Origin: Dehalococcoidia bacterium
GTDB taxonomy: Bacteria; Chloroflexota; Dehalococcoidia; DSTF01; JACRBR01
DNA: 64,000 bases
Reading direction: 5' to 3'
Assembly (NCBI GenBank): GCA_015478665.1
Contig: JADMII010000001.1
Span: 183,537 to 247,536, forward strand
The notes under the pieces were generated by a model. The model was not told the DNA's origin. It saw nothing but the letters and a program-made list of their open reading frames with translations, and made no database searches. Both the position numbers and the translations under genes were made by a program. Positions 9,562-18,769 of this stretch are shown piece by piece (positions within the stretch are counted from its first letter, which is position 1; every line of letters begins with the position of its first letter).

Positions 9562-9611
9562 ATCGGCTGTTAACCGATTGGTTGTAGGTTCGAGTCCTGC
9601 CCGGGGAGCCA
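9562..9611 (+). tRNA. Partial tRNA-Asn(GUU): 3' fragment from anticodon stem to CCA (att-site remnant, not a functional gene)
   Basis: Anticodon arm atcgg-CTGTTAA-ccgat (anticodon GUU). Variable loop tggtt. T-arm gtagg-TTCGAGT-cctgc. Acceptor 3' strand ccgggga, then G, then CCA. The upstream sequence cannot form a matching acceptor 5' strand or a canonical D-arm. Confidence 0.55.
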
Positions 9612-9676
9612 TGTGCCAACCGCGGCTTCGCCGGCGGCGCGTCGGCGCACGGGCGTGGCGGCGGCGGCGCGCAGGC

Positions 9677-10984
9677 TCAGGGGAGCCGGCGCAGTGAGCC
9701 GGGCACGATGGCGTCCGGCGTCTCCGTTGCCGGGGCGCTGAGTTGCTCGTAGAGCACGGCGACGGCATCGGCCACGTTGGCCCAGCGGAAGCGCTCGACA
9801 GCCTCGCGGGCAGCGCGGCCGAAGGATGCCCGCAGTTCGTCGTTATCGAGCAGCAGTTCGAGGCGTTCGGCGAAGGGCTCCGGGCAGCGCCACGAGATCA
9901 GATAGCCGGTCTCGCCGTCGCTGATCGTGCTCGCGAGGCCGCCGACGCGCGAGGCGACGACGGGCGTCCCGCAGGCCATCGACTCGACGGCCACCATGCC
10001 GAAGCTCTCGTAGTACGACGGCACGACGCAGACGTCGGCGGCGTTGTAGTAGAGCGGCAGCGCGTCGTGCGCGACAGCGCCGACGAAGGCGATGTGGTGT
10101 TCGACGCCGAGGCGCTCGGCGAGCGAGCGGAGCTGCGCGATCTCCGCATCGGCGCGCGCGTCGCCGCCGACGATGAGGACGCGGAAGTTCTCGTCGTCGT
10201 GCAGCTGCGCGGCGGCGCCGATGAGCACGTCGATGCCCTTCAGGGGCTCGATGCGGCCGACGAAGAGGATGATCCGCTCGCCGTCGCGGAGCTGGAGGCG
10301 GCGCCGCGCTTCTTCCTTGTCGAGCGGCGTGAAGAGGTCGAGGTCGACGCCGCACGGCACGAGATGCATGCGCGCCGCGTCGGCGCCGTAGAGCGACGTC
10401 AGCAGTTGCCGCTCGTGCTCGCTGGCGACGACGACGGCGTCGGCGGTCGTGGCGATCGCGCGCTCGACGTCGATGCGCTCGACGGTCTCGTGCTCGGTGA
10501 TGCGGGCGCGGTTCTTGACTTCGCCAAGCGTGTGGAACATCGCGACGTGGCGGACGTGCCAGCGCCGGGCGAGGCGCATGCCCGCCCAACCGGACATCCA
10601 GTAGTGGCTGTGGACGAGGTCGTAGCTCAGCGCCTCGCGCTCGGTACAGGCGAGGATGTTCGCCTCGAACTCCGCCAGGTGGCCGGCGATGGCGTCCTTT
10701 TCGATGAGCGCCGGCGGTCCGGCGTCGATCTGGACGACGCGCGCGTTGGGGCCGATGGGCTGCACGTCCGGCGCCTCCGGCGATGTGCGCCGGGTGAAGA
10801 CATCGACGCGATAGCCGCGCGCGCCGAGCTCGCGGCTGAGCTCGCGCACGTAGACGTTCATGCCGCCGCTCTCGCGGCCGCCGGCTGCAGCGAGCGGCGA
10901 CGTGTGCGCGCTCAGCACGGCGATGCGGCGATGGGTGGGGGCAGCGGTACCCGGTCGCGGCACGATGGGCAGGTCAATGGTCAT
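9677..10984 (-). CDS. Glycosyltransferase family 4, MshA-like (retaining GlcNAc-transferase-like)
   Basis: N-terminal HTSPL...GGMNVYV signature typical of MshA/BshA-type GT4 enzymes. 435 aa. Confidence 0.7.
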   Translation of the reverse strand: MTIDLPIVPRPGTAAPTHRRIAVLSAHTSPLAAAGGRESGGMNVYVRELSRELGARGYRVDVFTRRTSPEAPDVQPIGPNARVVQIDAGPPALIEKDAIAGHLAEFEANILACTEREALSYDLVHSHYWMSGWAGMRLARRWHVRHVAMFHTLGEVKNRARITEHETVERIDVERAIATTADAVVVASEHERQLLTSLYGADAARMHLVPCGVDLDLFTPLDKEEARRRLQLRDGERIILFVGRIEPLKGIDVLIGAAAQLHDDENFRVLIVGGDARADAEIAQLRSLAERLGVEHHIAFVGAVAHDALPLYYNAADVCVVPSYYESFGMVAVESMACGTPVVASRVGGLASTISDGETGYLISWRCPEPFAERLELLLDNDELRASFGRAAREAVERFRWANVADAVAVLYEQLSAPATETPDAIVPGSLRRLP

Positions 10985-11059
10985 CGCTGCTGTCCTGGGG
11001 TGCGTGGCGCCGGCATCTCGTCTCCCACCTTTTGCATGTTGATGGCGGCCGGCGGTGGA

Positions 11060-12043
11060 TCATCGTGTCAGCGTGAGCTGATACACCTGCTGGTCGGTGC
11101 CGCCGAGGTCGTACTTGTACGCCTCATCTCCCCGCAGGAAGTCCACGCAGCTGCGGCCGTTCTCGACCGCGTCCCTGAGCAGGAGCGCCTTCGACATGAG
11201 GCCGACGCCGTAGTGGGCGTACTGCGGATCGTAGCCGCTATTGTACATGTACAGGACGCCAGCGAGATCGAAATTCAGCACTGAGGCAACGGGCTGGCCG
11301 TCAAGGGTCAGCAGGTAGAAACGCAGCATGCGCTCGTGCGCCATGGCGGGCACCATCTCCCGGAAGAACGGCTCCATGCCGGGGCGGGCGAGAAACTCCT
11401 CCTTATGGTGAGAGCTGATGCGCATGAGATGGAAGAGCGTGTCGAGGAGTTCGAACGCCTCAGCAGGCTCGGTGACGACGCGCAGGTCGACGGTGCCGCC
11501 GGAGTCGAGCCGGCGCAGCTTGCGGCGCAACTCGTGGCGGTCCTTCTTCGAGAGGCGCGCCAGGTACTCGTCCCAGCTCCCGGGCAGCTCGACGCTGGGT
11601 GAGAGCGCCTCGTCATCGCGCGCGCAGGCGAAGCCGGCGGCCGGTGCGGCGGCGGCGACCGCGCCGAGCGCCGCGGACCACTGGCGGATGCCGCGCAGTG
11701 TGAGGGTGTGCACACCGGCATCGGCGAGCCGGGCGAGGAGCGAGGCGAAGAACTGCTGCTCGAAGCCGGGCGTGACGACGACGTCCATGTAGTCGCAGAT
11801 CGAGTAGTGCCCGACGAGCTCCGCGCGGTCGCCTTCGACGAGGAGCGGCGCGACGCCGATCAGGCGCTCGCCGTCGCGGGCGGTGAGGAGTTGCAGCGTG
11901 CGCGCTCCCTGGAAGTGGTCGAGCCAGACACGCTGCCATGCCGGCGTCACGAAGGGGACGGGCGCCGGCACCGTCGCCAGGAGGCCGGTCCATTCGCCGC
12001 GCACCTGGTCGAACGGCTCGTCGCGCACCTCCAGCGCGGTCAC
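11060..12043 (-). CDS. GNAT-fold acyltransferase, FemAB/CelD/BioF2-like (Acetyltransf_6-type)
   Basis: 327 aa with the overall pattern of ~330 aa FemAB-like GNAT proteins. The GTG start overlaps the folE stop (GTGA). Confidence 0.5.
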   Translation of the reverse strand: MTALEVRDEPFDQVRGEWTGLLATVPAPVPFVTPAWQRVWLDHFQGARTLQLLTARDGERLIGVAPLLVEGDRAELVGHYSICDYMDVVVTPGFEQQFFASLLARLADAGVHTLTLRGIRQWSAALGAVAAAAPAAGFACARDDEALSPSVELPGSWDEYLARLSKKDRHELRRKLRRLDSGGTVDLRVVTEPAEAFELLDTLFHLMRISSHHKEEFLARPGMEPFFREMVPAMAHERMLRFYLLTLDGQPVASVLNFDLAGVLYMYNSGYDPQYAHYGVGLMSKALLLRDAVENGRSCVDFLRGDEAYKYDLGGTDQQVYQLTLTR

Positions 12044-12639
12044 TGGCCACGCACCAGGGAGAGGAATTCGGCGCGTGTCACGGAGTTCTTGCGGAAGGCG
12101 CCGCGCGTGGCCGATGTGACCATGCGGCTGCCGGCCTTTCGCACGCCGCGCGCGGTCATGCAGAGGTGCTCCGCCTCGATGACGACGGCGACGCCATCGG
12201 GCTGCATCGTGTCCATGATGGCATCGGCGATCTGGCCGGTGAGGCGCTCCTGGAGCTGCGGCCGCCGGGCGTAGCCATCGATGAGGCGCGCCAGCTTGCT
12301 GAGGCCGACGACGCGGCCATCGGGCAGGTAGCCGACGGCGGCGACGCCGTGAAAGGGCAGGAAGTGATGCTCGCAGACGCTGTAGAAGGGGATGCCCTTG
12401 AGGACGACCATCTCATCCTGGGCGACGTCGAATCCGACGGCAAGGTGGTCGCGGGGATCGACGGTCAGCCCTTCGAAGAGCTCCCCGTACATGCGGGCGA
12501 CGCGGGCGGGGGTATCGACGAGGCCCGCGCGCTGGGGATCCTCGCCGACGGCCTCGATGATCTCGCGGACGGCGCGCTCGATGCGTGCCTCGTCCACGGG
12601 GCGGCGGACGAAAGAATCGGGTAGACGTTCGATGGCCAT
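12040..12639 (-). CDS. folE: GTP cyclohydrolase I
   Basis: Strong FolE signature ([17 protein letters not shown]) and typical ~200 aa length. Confidence 0.85.
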   Translation of the reverse strand: MAIERLPDSFVRRPVDEARIERAVREIIEAVGEDPQRAGLVDTPARVARMYGELFEGLTVDPRDHLAVGFDVAQDEMVVLKGIPFYSVCEHHFLPFHGVAAVGYLPDGRVVGLSKLARLIDGYARRPQLQERLTGQIADAIMDTMQPDGVAVVIEAEHLCMTARGVRKAGSRMVTSATRGAFRKNSVTRAEFLSLVRGQ

Positions 12640-12944
12640 AGTTCAGGATAGCTGTTCGGGCCGGTTGAGGCTGCGGACGGGTGGCTGGAACCGCGGCGTC
12701 CTCCGTCTGCGCCGCGCACCGCCATCTCAGGATCCCCGACCCGTCCGGGCTGCCGTCGCTTCGCGAGAAGAGCGGCGGGGGAGGCGCGGCCGGTCGACCT
12801 TCCCCGAATGCCGGGGGCCCCAGCATCTCCGCTCGTGGCCTTACCGGCCTGACCCGCGCTCCCACCGGTCACGTCCGGATCACCGCACGTCTCCACGAAT
12901 CACCATCGCCTCCCGTCATCGCGGCGCAGGCGTTACGCTGCGCC

Positions 12945-14210
12945 ATGCTCAGCCTCCAGTTCATCCGCGAGCATCCGGACGTCGTCCGCCGCGCGCTCGA
13001 GGAGCGGCGGACGCCGGCGCCGCTCGACGAGGTGCTCGCGCTGGACGAGCGGCGACGCGCGCTCCTCGCCGAGACGGAGCAGCTGCGCGCGGAACAGAAC
13101 GCCGCCGGCAAGAAGATCGGCGCCGCGAAGGACGCCGGCGAACGCCAACGGATGATCGACGCGATGAAGGGCGTCTCGTCGCGCGTCGACGAGCTGGCTC
13201 CGGAGTTGCGTGAGGTCGAGGAGCGGCTGCAGGCGCTGCTGTACGAGCTCCCCAACATCCCCGCGCCCAGCACGCCAGTCGGCGCGGGCGAAGACGACAA
13301 CCCCGTGCGGGAGCAGTCCGGCGAGGAGACGCGCGACGAGTGGCGCAAGCCGCACTGGGAGCTGGGCGAAGCGCTTGGGATCATCGACTTCGAGCGCGGC
13401 GTCAAGCTCTCCGGCTCCCGCTTCTACGTCCTGACGGGCGCCGGCGCGCGGCTGCAGCGCGCGCTCATCGCCTTCATGCTCGAACTCCACATCGACAAGC
13501 ACGGCTACACGGAGATGTACCTGCCGGCGATGGTGAAGGAAGAGACGATGCTGCACTCCGGGCAGTTGCCGAAGTTCCGCGACAATCTCTACCACGACGC
13601 CGAAGAGGACTTCTGGTTCGTCCCGACCGCCGAGGTGCCGTTGACCAACCTGCACGGCGACGAGATCCTCGACGGCGACAGCATGCCGCGCCACTACGTC
13701 GCCTACACGCCTTGCTTCCGGCGCGAGAAGATGAGCGCCGGCCGCGATGTGCGCGGCATGAAGCGCGGCCACCAGTTCGACAAGGTCGAGATGTACACCT
13801 TCTGCGCGCCCGAACACTCGGCCGACGAGCTCGAGCGGATGCTCGACGACGCGCTCGACGTCTGCCGGGCGCTGCGGCTGAGCTATCGCGTCGTGAACAT
13901 CTGCACCGGCGACCTGGGGTTCAACGCCGCGAAGACCTACGACATCGAGGCGTGGTCGCCGGCCGTCGCCGAGTGGCTCGAGGTCTCGTCGGTGAGCAAC
14001 TGCACGGATTTCCAGGCGCGACGCGCGAACGTGCGCTTCCGGCGGGAGCCGTCATCGAAGCCGGAGTTCGTGCACACGCTGAACGGCTCGGGCCTCGCCC
14101 TGCCGCGGACGATGATCGCGATGATCGAGAACTACCAGCAGCGCGACGGGTCGATCGAGGTGCCGGAGGTACTGCTGCCGTACATGGGTGGCACCGGCGT
14201 CATCCGCTGA
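12945..14210 (+). CDS. serS: Seryl-tRNA synthetase
   Basis: N-terminal coiled-coil MLSLQFIREHPDVVRR and a class II core (e.g. FRRE, GSGLALPRT). ATG at 12945 is in frame with the long ORF from 12681. Confidence 0.9.
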   Translation: MLSLQFIREHPDVVRRALEERRTPAPLDEVLALDERRRALLAETEQLRAEQNAAGKKIGAAKDAGERQRMIDAMKGVSSRVDELAPELREVEERLQALLYELPNIPAPSTPVGAGEDDNPVREQSGEETRDEWRKPHWELGEALGIIDFERGVKLSGSRFYVLTGAGARLQRALIAFMLELHIDKHGYTEMYLPAMVKEETMLHSGQLPKFRDNLYHDAEEDFWFVPTAEVPLTNLHGDEILDGDSMPRHYVAYTPCFRREKMSAGRDVRGMKRGHQFDKVEMYTFCAPEHSADELERMLDDALDVCRALRLSYRVVNICTGDLGFNAAKTYDIEAWSPAVAEWLEVSSVSNCTDFQARRANVRFRREPSSKPEFVHTLNGSGLALPRTMIAMIENYQQRDGSIEVPEVLLPYMGGTGVIR

Positions 14211-14351
14211 GGGAGGCCGCGCGTGCGCGGTGATGGCGGTCGGAGGCGTCGCGGAGACGGGGGAACCGCAGATGGCCACCCGACGAACCCAACATGGCGC
14301 GACGCTTCGCTTCGCTCATCCTGATGACGGCGCTGGGCGTACACTGAGCGC

Positions 14352-15353
14352 GTGGGTACGGGTGAGTTCCAGCTGATCGAGCGGGTGCGCCGTGTGCTCG
14401 GCGCAGCGGTGGACGCGCGGCTCATCGCCGGCATCGGCGACGACGCGGCGGTGTGGCGGACGGGCGGCTGGACGATCGCGACGACGGACACGATGGTCGA
14501 CGGCGTGCACTTCCGCCGTCAGGGCGTGCAGGCCGATGCCATCGGCTGGAAGGCGCTGGCTGCGAACGTCAGCGACATCGCGGCGATGGGCGGCGCGCCG
14601 TCGTTCGCGCTCGTGACGTTGTTCCTGCCGCAGGACGTCGAGCCCGAATGGGTCGAGGCGCTGTACGCGGGCTTCCGGGCGTGCGGCGAGGCGTACGGAG
14701 TAACGGTCGCCGGCGGCGACGTCGTCGCTGCGCCGGTGCTGGCGGTCACGGTCGCGCTCTGCGGCGAGCCCGTGGTGTTCGACGCTTCCGGGGCGCCGCT
14801 ACTGTTGCGCCGGGACGCCGCGAGAGCCGGCGACGCGATCGCGGTGACGGGAACGCTCGGCGGCTCGGCGGCCGGGCTGCGCCTGCTGCTTCGTGGCGAC
14901 GATGGCGCGCGGGCGGGACTTGCCGAGCGGCATCGCCGCCCGCGGCCGCGCGTCGATGCGGGGGAGGCGGCGGTGCGCGCGGGCGTGCGCTGCGGCATCG
15001 ACGTGAGCGACGGGCTGCTGCAGGATCTCGGGCACATCTGCGCGGCGAGCGGCCTCGGGGCGACGGTGCGCGCCGGCGCCCTGCCGGTCGATGCGGCGGC
15101 GGCCGCAGCGTTCCCCGACGAAGCGATCGAGCTGGCGGCGACCGGCGGCGAGGACTACGAGTTGGTGCTCATCGGACCGCAGGCGGCGCTCGATGCGACA
15201 TCGCAGGCGCTCGCCGCGCCGCTGTGCGTAATCGGCGAGATGCGCGGCGGCGATGCCGGGCGCGACGTGCAGCTTGTCGATGACGACGGGCGCGAGCTGT
15301 CGTTCGAGCGGCGCGGCTGGGACCACCTCGCGCGGGCGAAGGAGACGCGATGA
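14352..15353 (+). CDS. thiL: Thiamine-monophosphate kinase
   Basis: AIR synthase-related fold, GDDAAV...TTDTMVDGVHF. GTG start. The stop overlaps tsaE. Confidence 0.8.
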   Translation: MGTGEFQLIERVRRVLGAAVDARLIAGIGDDAAVWRTGGWTIATTDTMVDGVHFRRQGVQADAIGWKALAANVSDIAAMGGAPSFALVTLFLPQDVEPEWVEALYAGFRACGEAYGVTVAGGDVVAAPVLAVTVALCGEPVVFDASGAPLLLRRDAARAGDAIAVTGTLGGSAAGLRLLLRGDDGARAGLAERHRRPRPRVDAGEAAVRAGVRCGIDVSDGLLQDLGHICAASGLGATVRAGALPVDAAAAAAFPDEAIELAATGGEDYELVLIGPQAALDATSQALAAPLCVIGEMRGGDAGRDVQLVDDDGRELSFERRGWDHLARAKETR

Positions 15354-15832
15354 CGGCAGCGACCGTGCGCGACAGCGCGACGCCGGGCGAGACGCGGCGC
15401 TTCGGGGAGCGCATCGGCCGCACGCTGCGGGCCGGCGACGTGGTGCTGCTGTCCGGCGAGCTGGGCGCGGGGAAGACGGTGCTGGCGCAGGGCATCGGCC
15501 GCGGGCTCGGCGTCACGGATCCGATCAAGAGTTCGTCGTTCGTGATCATGAACGAGTACGAAGGGCGACTGCGGCTGTTCCACGCGGACCTGTATCGGCT
15601 CGAGGATCCGGCGCAGGTCGCGGAGCTGGCGCTCGACGAGCTGGCGACGGACGGCGTCCTGGTGGTGGAGTGGCCGGAGCGGGCGCCGCAGGAGCTGCCG
15701 GCGCAGCACCTGCTCGTCGAACTGGAGTACGGCACGGCGCGGACGCGGCGGATCGCCGTCTCCGCCCGCGGCGCCCGCTACGAGGCGCTGGTCGAGCGGC
15801 TGGGTCGAGGGCGATCGGGAGACCGACAATAG
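15350..15832 (+). CDS. tsaE: tRNA threonylcarbamoyladenosine biosynthesis protein TsaE
   Basis: P-loop LSGELGAGKTVLAQGIGRGLGV and FHADLYRL. ATGA coupling with thiL. Confidence 0.8.
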   Translation: MTAATVRDSATPGETRRFGERIGRTLRAGDVVLLSGELGAGKTVLAQGIGRGLGVTDPIKSSSFVIMNEYEGRLRLFHADLYRLEDPAQVAELALDELATDGVLVVEWPERAPQELPAQHLLVELEYGTARTRRIAVSARGARYEALVERLGRGRSGDRQ

Positions 15833-15929
15833 TTCGAGCGGCGCCCACTGCGACGTCAGCCGCGCGGCCGGTGCTTCGAGGAGCGCGATGCAGACGGCGA
15901 CCGCACGACGCAGCGGCGACTGGCTGCGG

Positions 15930-16274
15930 CTACTGGATGTGGACGACGGAGACGCCTTGCGCCCAGAGGCCTTCGAGGTTGTAGTAGTCGCGTTCGTCGG
16001 GCGCGAAGAGGTGGACGATTGCGTTGCCGAAGTCGAGCAGCACCCAGCCGGAGTCGGGGCCGCCTTCGGTGCGCAGGGCGCGCACGCCATCGTCGCGCAG
16101 GTCGCGCTGGACGGAGTCGATGAGGGCGTTCATCTGCCGCGGGTTGCTGGCGGTGGCGACGACGAAGTAATCGGTGAACGACGAGACCTTGCTGATGTCC
16201 ATGAGGACGATGTCCTCCGCCTGGCGGTCGGAGAGCAGGTCTGCGATGCGTTGGGCGAGTTCTTCGGACTCCAG
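15930..16274 (-). CDS. rsfS: Ribosomal silencing factor RsfS (Iojap)
   Basis: The C-terminal 115 aa of the long minus-strand ORF match RsfS (DIVLMDISKVSSFTDYFVVATASNPRQMNALID...HLFAPDERDYYNLEGLW). Start uncertain (CTG or other non-ATG). Confidence 0.6.
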   Translation of the reverse strand: MESEELAQRIADLLSDRQAEDIVLMDISKVSSFTDYFVVATASNPRQMNALIDSVQRDLRDDGVRALRTEGGPDSGWVLLDFGNAIVHLFAPDERDYYNLEGLWAQGVSVVHIQ

Positions 16275-16445
16275 TAGCGGTCTCCGGAGGCGGGCGCGGG
16301 CATCCTGCCGAGTGGCCGGAGTATAGCACGGCGGGCTACGCTGAGTTGGCGCGCGAAGCGGTATGCGCGCCGTCATCGGCGCGTCGCGCAGGCACCAGGG
16401 CGGCGGTGGGCGATGCGGCGATGCCGGCGAGCGAAGGTGAGGCTG

Positions 16446-17528
16446 ATGTCGAAGCGGACCCGGGTGGTGGTGGCGATGAGCGGCGGCGTCGATTCCGCGG
16501 TCGCGGCCGGGCTGCTGGCGCGCGGCGGGTACGATGTCGTCGGCATCACGATGCGGCTGAGCACGCGCGAGGACCCGGATGCGCCGGCGACGACGAAGCG
16601 CTGCTGTTCTGTCGAGGACACGGAGGACGCGCGGCGGGCGGCGGATGCCATCGGCATCCCGCACTACGTGCTGAACCTCGAGCGGGAGTTCCGGGAGCGT
16701 GTGGTCGATGCGTTCGTCGGCGAGTACGCGCGCGGACGGACGCCGAACCCGTGCCTGGCATGCAACGAGCACCTGAAGTTCCGCGCCCTTCTGGATCGCG
16801 CCGTCGCGCTCGATGCCGGCTACCTGGCGACGGGGCACTACGCGCGCATCGAGCGGCGCGGCGAACGCTACGCGCTGCGGCGCGCGGCCGACGTGACGAA
16901 GGACCAGTCGTACGTGCTGTACACGATGGGGCAGGCGGAGCTGGCGAAGACGCTGTTTCCGGTCGGCGCCTACGAGAAGGCACGCATCCGCGAGCTGGCG
17001 CGGGAGATGCGGCTCGATCTGGCGGAGAAGCCGGACAGCGTCGACATCTGCTTCGTTCCGGACGGCGACTATCGCCGCTTCGTGCGAACGCGCCTGGCGG
17101 CGGCGCCGGGGGTGATGCGCGATGGCCGGGGCGAGGTCGTCGGGGCGCACGACGGCGTCGCCGGCTTCACGATCGGCCAGCGGAAGGGCCTCGGCCGCGC
17201 CTTCGGCGAGAGGCGGTTCGTGACGGGCATCGATGCGGAGCGGAAGGTGATCACGGTCGGACCGGAGGAAGCGCTGCTGGCGCGGGCGATGGTCGTCGAG
17301 GACGTGCGCTGGGTCGCCGGCGAGGCGCCACGAGAGCTGCGGGCGTCGGTGAAGATCCGGTATCGCACGGCGCCGGCGCCCGCGACGGTCGCGCGCCTGC
17401 CGGAGGGCCGGGCGCGCGTCGTGTTCGACGAGCCGCAGCGGGCGATCACCCCCGGCCAGGCGGCGGTGTTCTACGACGACGACGAGGTGTTGGGCGGCGG
17501 CGCGATCCTGCAGTCGGAGCGCGGGTAG
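16446..17528 (+). CDS. mnmA: tRNA-specific 2-thiouridylase MnmA
   Basis: PP-loop SGGVDS, catalytic Cys motifs and C-terminal domains. ATG at 16446. Confidence 0.85.
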   Translation: MSKRTRVVVAMSGGVDSAVAAGLLARGGYDVVGITMRLSTREDPDAPATTKRCCSVEDTEDARRAADAIGIPHYVLNLEREFRERVVDAFVGEYARGRTPNPCLACNEHLKFRALLDRAVALDAGYLATGHYARIERRGERYALRRAADVTKDQSYVLYTMGQAELAKTLFPVGAYEKARIRELAREMRLDLAEKPDSVDICFVPDGDYRRFVRTRLAAAPGVMRDGRGEVVGAHDGVAGFTIGQRKGLGRAFGERRFVTGIDAERKVITVGPEEALLARAMVVEDVRWVAGEAPRELRASVKIRYRTAPAPATVARLPEGRARVVFDEPQRAITPGQAAVFYDDDEVLGGGAILQSERG

Positions 17529-17753
17529 CGCGTCCGAGGGACTCGGCGCCGCGGACGGGCGGCGCCGAAGACGATGCCCGGCACGGACGCCCTGTTCGGG
17601 CAGCAGTGGCAGCGCTTGGCGCGCAGTCGTCGGGTGCGACGTGCGGCCCGGCATGCGTCCGTCGCGCGGGCATCGCCTCCGGTCGTGCGATGGTATCGTG
17701 CGAGGGCGCGGTGACCCCGCGTGAAACGCTCAGCCACGGAGGAGGGCGGCCGA

Positions 17754-18667
17754 TGGACTTCGAGGCGATCCTGTACGAAGTCGAGGGTGGCAAGGCGCGG
17801 ATCACGCTCAATCGCCCGGAAAAGCTGAACGCGCTCTCGATGCGACTGCAGCGCGAGCTGAATAGCGCGCTCTGGGAGGCGGACAACGACGCGCGCGTGC
17901 ACGTGATCATCCTGCGTGCGGCCGGACGCGCGTTTTCGGCCGGCTACGACCTGACGCCGATGCAGTCGCCGCCAAGGCGCGAGGACCGCGACGAGGCCTA
18001 CACGGACGTCTACCGCGGCATGGCCTCGATGGACGACGACATCTGGCAGCTCGAGCGGCAGCAGCGCGAGCGGATGGCGATCTGGGACATCCACAAGCCA
18101 GTGATCGCCCAGCTCCACGGCTACTGCCTGGCGGGCGGCACGGACCTGGCGCTGCTCTGCGACATCGTGGTCGCCGCCGACGACGCCGTGATCGGCTTCC
18201 CGCCGGTGCGCGCGATGGGATCGCCGGTGGCGCACATGTGGACGTACCTCGTCGGGCCGCAATGGGCCAAGTACTTCCTGCTCACCGGTGACAGCGTCAG
18301 CGGCCGCGAGGCGGCGGCGATCGGGCTCGTCTGGAAGAGCGTGCCGGCGTCGGACCTGGCCGCCGAAGTGGAGGCGCTCGCGGGAAAGATGGAGAAGATC
18401 GATACGGAGCTGCTGGCGCCGAATAAGCGCATCGTCAACGTCGCGCTCGAGCTGATGGGGGCGCGGACGCTGCAACGGATGGCGGCGGAAACCGACGGGC
18501 GCGCGCACCAGGCGCCGGCGGTGCGGGAGTTCGGGCGGCGGGCGATGACGGACGGGCTGAAGGCGGCACTGGAGTGGCGCGACGGAACGTTCGGCGACAG
18601 CCGCACCAGCGAGGAGTACCAGCGGCGCCGGAGCGAGCAGGAAGCGCGCATGCGGCACGACGGCTAG
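17754..18667 (+). CDS. Enoyl-CoA hydratase/isomerase (crotonase) family protein
   Basis: ITLNRPEKLNAL...AGRAFSAGYDL crotonase signature. Confidence 0.75.
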
Positions 18668-18769
18668 CGCCGGTTCCGCAGGCCTGCCCGTGCCGCCGAT
18701 GGTCAAGCGGCCGACCGGAACCGGCTCGCATCCTGCGGTCGCTCGGGCGGGCGAGAGACGAGAAGGACG

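Larger units (their letters stand above)
1..9611. mobile_element. Right-hand portion of a tRNA-Asn-integrated genomic island (defence cargo: XRE/ImmA, type I R-M, HNH); left end and integrase lie outside the window
   Basis: GC is visibly lower than in the flanking chromosome. The cargo is defence/immunity. The region ends at a tRNA 3' fragment direct repeat at 9562-9611. Confidence 0.4.

Noticed and set aside
9480-9611. Possible tmRNA 3' end or complete tRNA at the island boundary
   Set aside because: A tmRNA would need a 5' GGGG-type strand pairing with the acceptor 3' strand about 350 nt upstream, and would lack an anticodon arm. Here a perfect GUU anticodon stem-loop is present and no complementary 5' acceptor strand exists within 400 nt. 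A complete tRNA is excluded because the 5' side pairs at only 1-2 of 7 acceptor positions.
12640-12944. T-box-like sequence GGGTGGctggaACCGCGG about 250 nt upstream of serS (305-bp leader between divergent folE and serS)
   Set aside because: The canonical T-box (AGGGUGGNACCGCG) has a single N, not a 5-nt insert. The motif sits at the 5' end of the leader, 250 nt from the start codon, rather than in the 3' antiterminator/sequestrator position. No convincing Stem I specifier loop or terminator was found. Such GC-rich hexamers arise by chance at 70% GC. Worth a cmscan, but not called.
14211-14351. GC-rich palindrome CCGCGCGTGCGCGG after serS as an intrinsic terminator
   Set aside because: The stem is plausible but no U-tract follows. 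This cannot be distinguished from chance GC palindromes without structure prediction or transcript data, so it is not listed as a feature.
15930-18667. Very long ORFs (574 aa minus strand 15930-17654; 773 aa plus strand 16346-18667) spanning several genes
   Set aside because: These are artefacts of stop-codon scarcity in 70% GC DNA. Their translations are Arg/Ala/Pro/Gly-rich low-complexity except where they coincide with recognisable proteins (RsfS C-terminus; MnmA and crotonase in other frames). The real genes are the shorter segments with clear family signatures.
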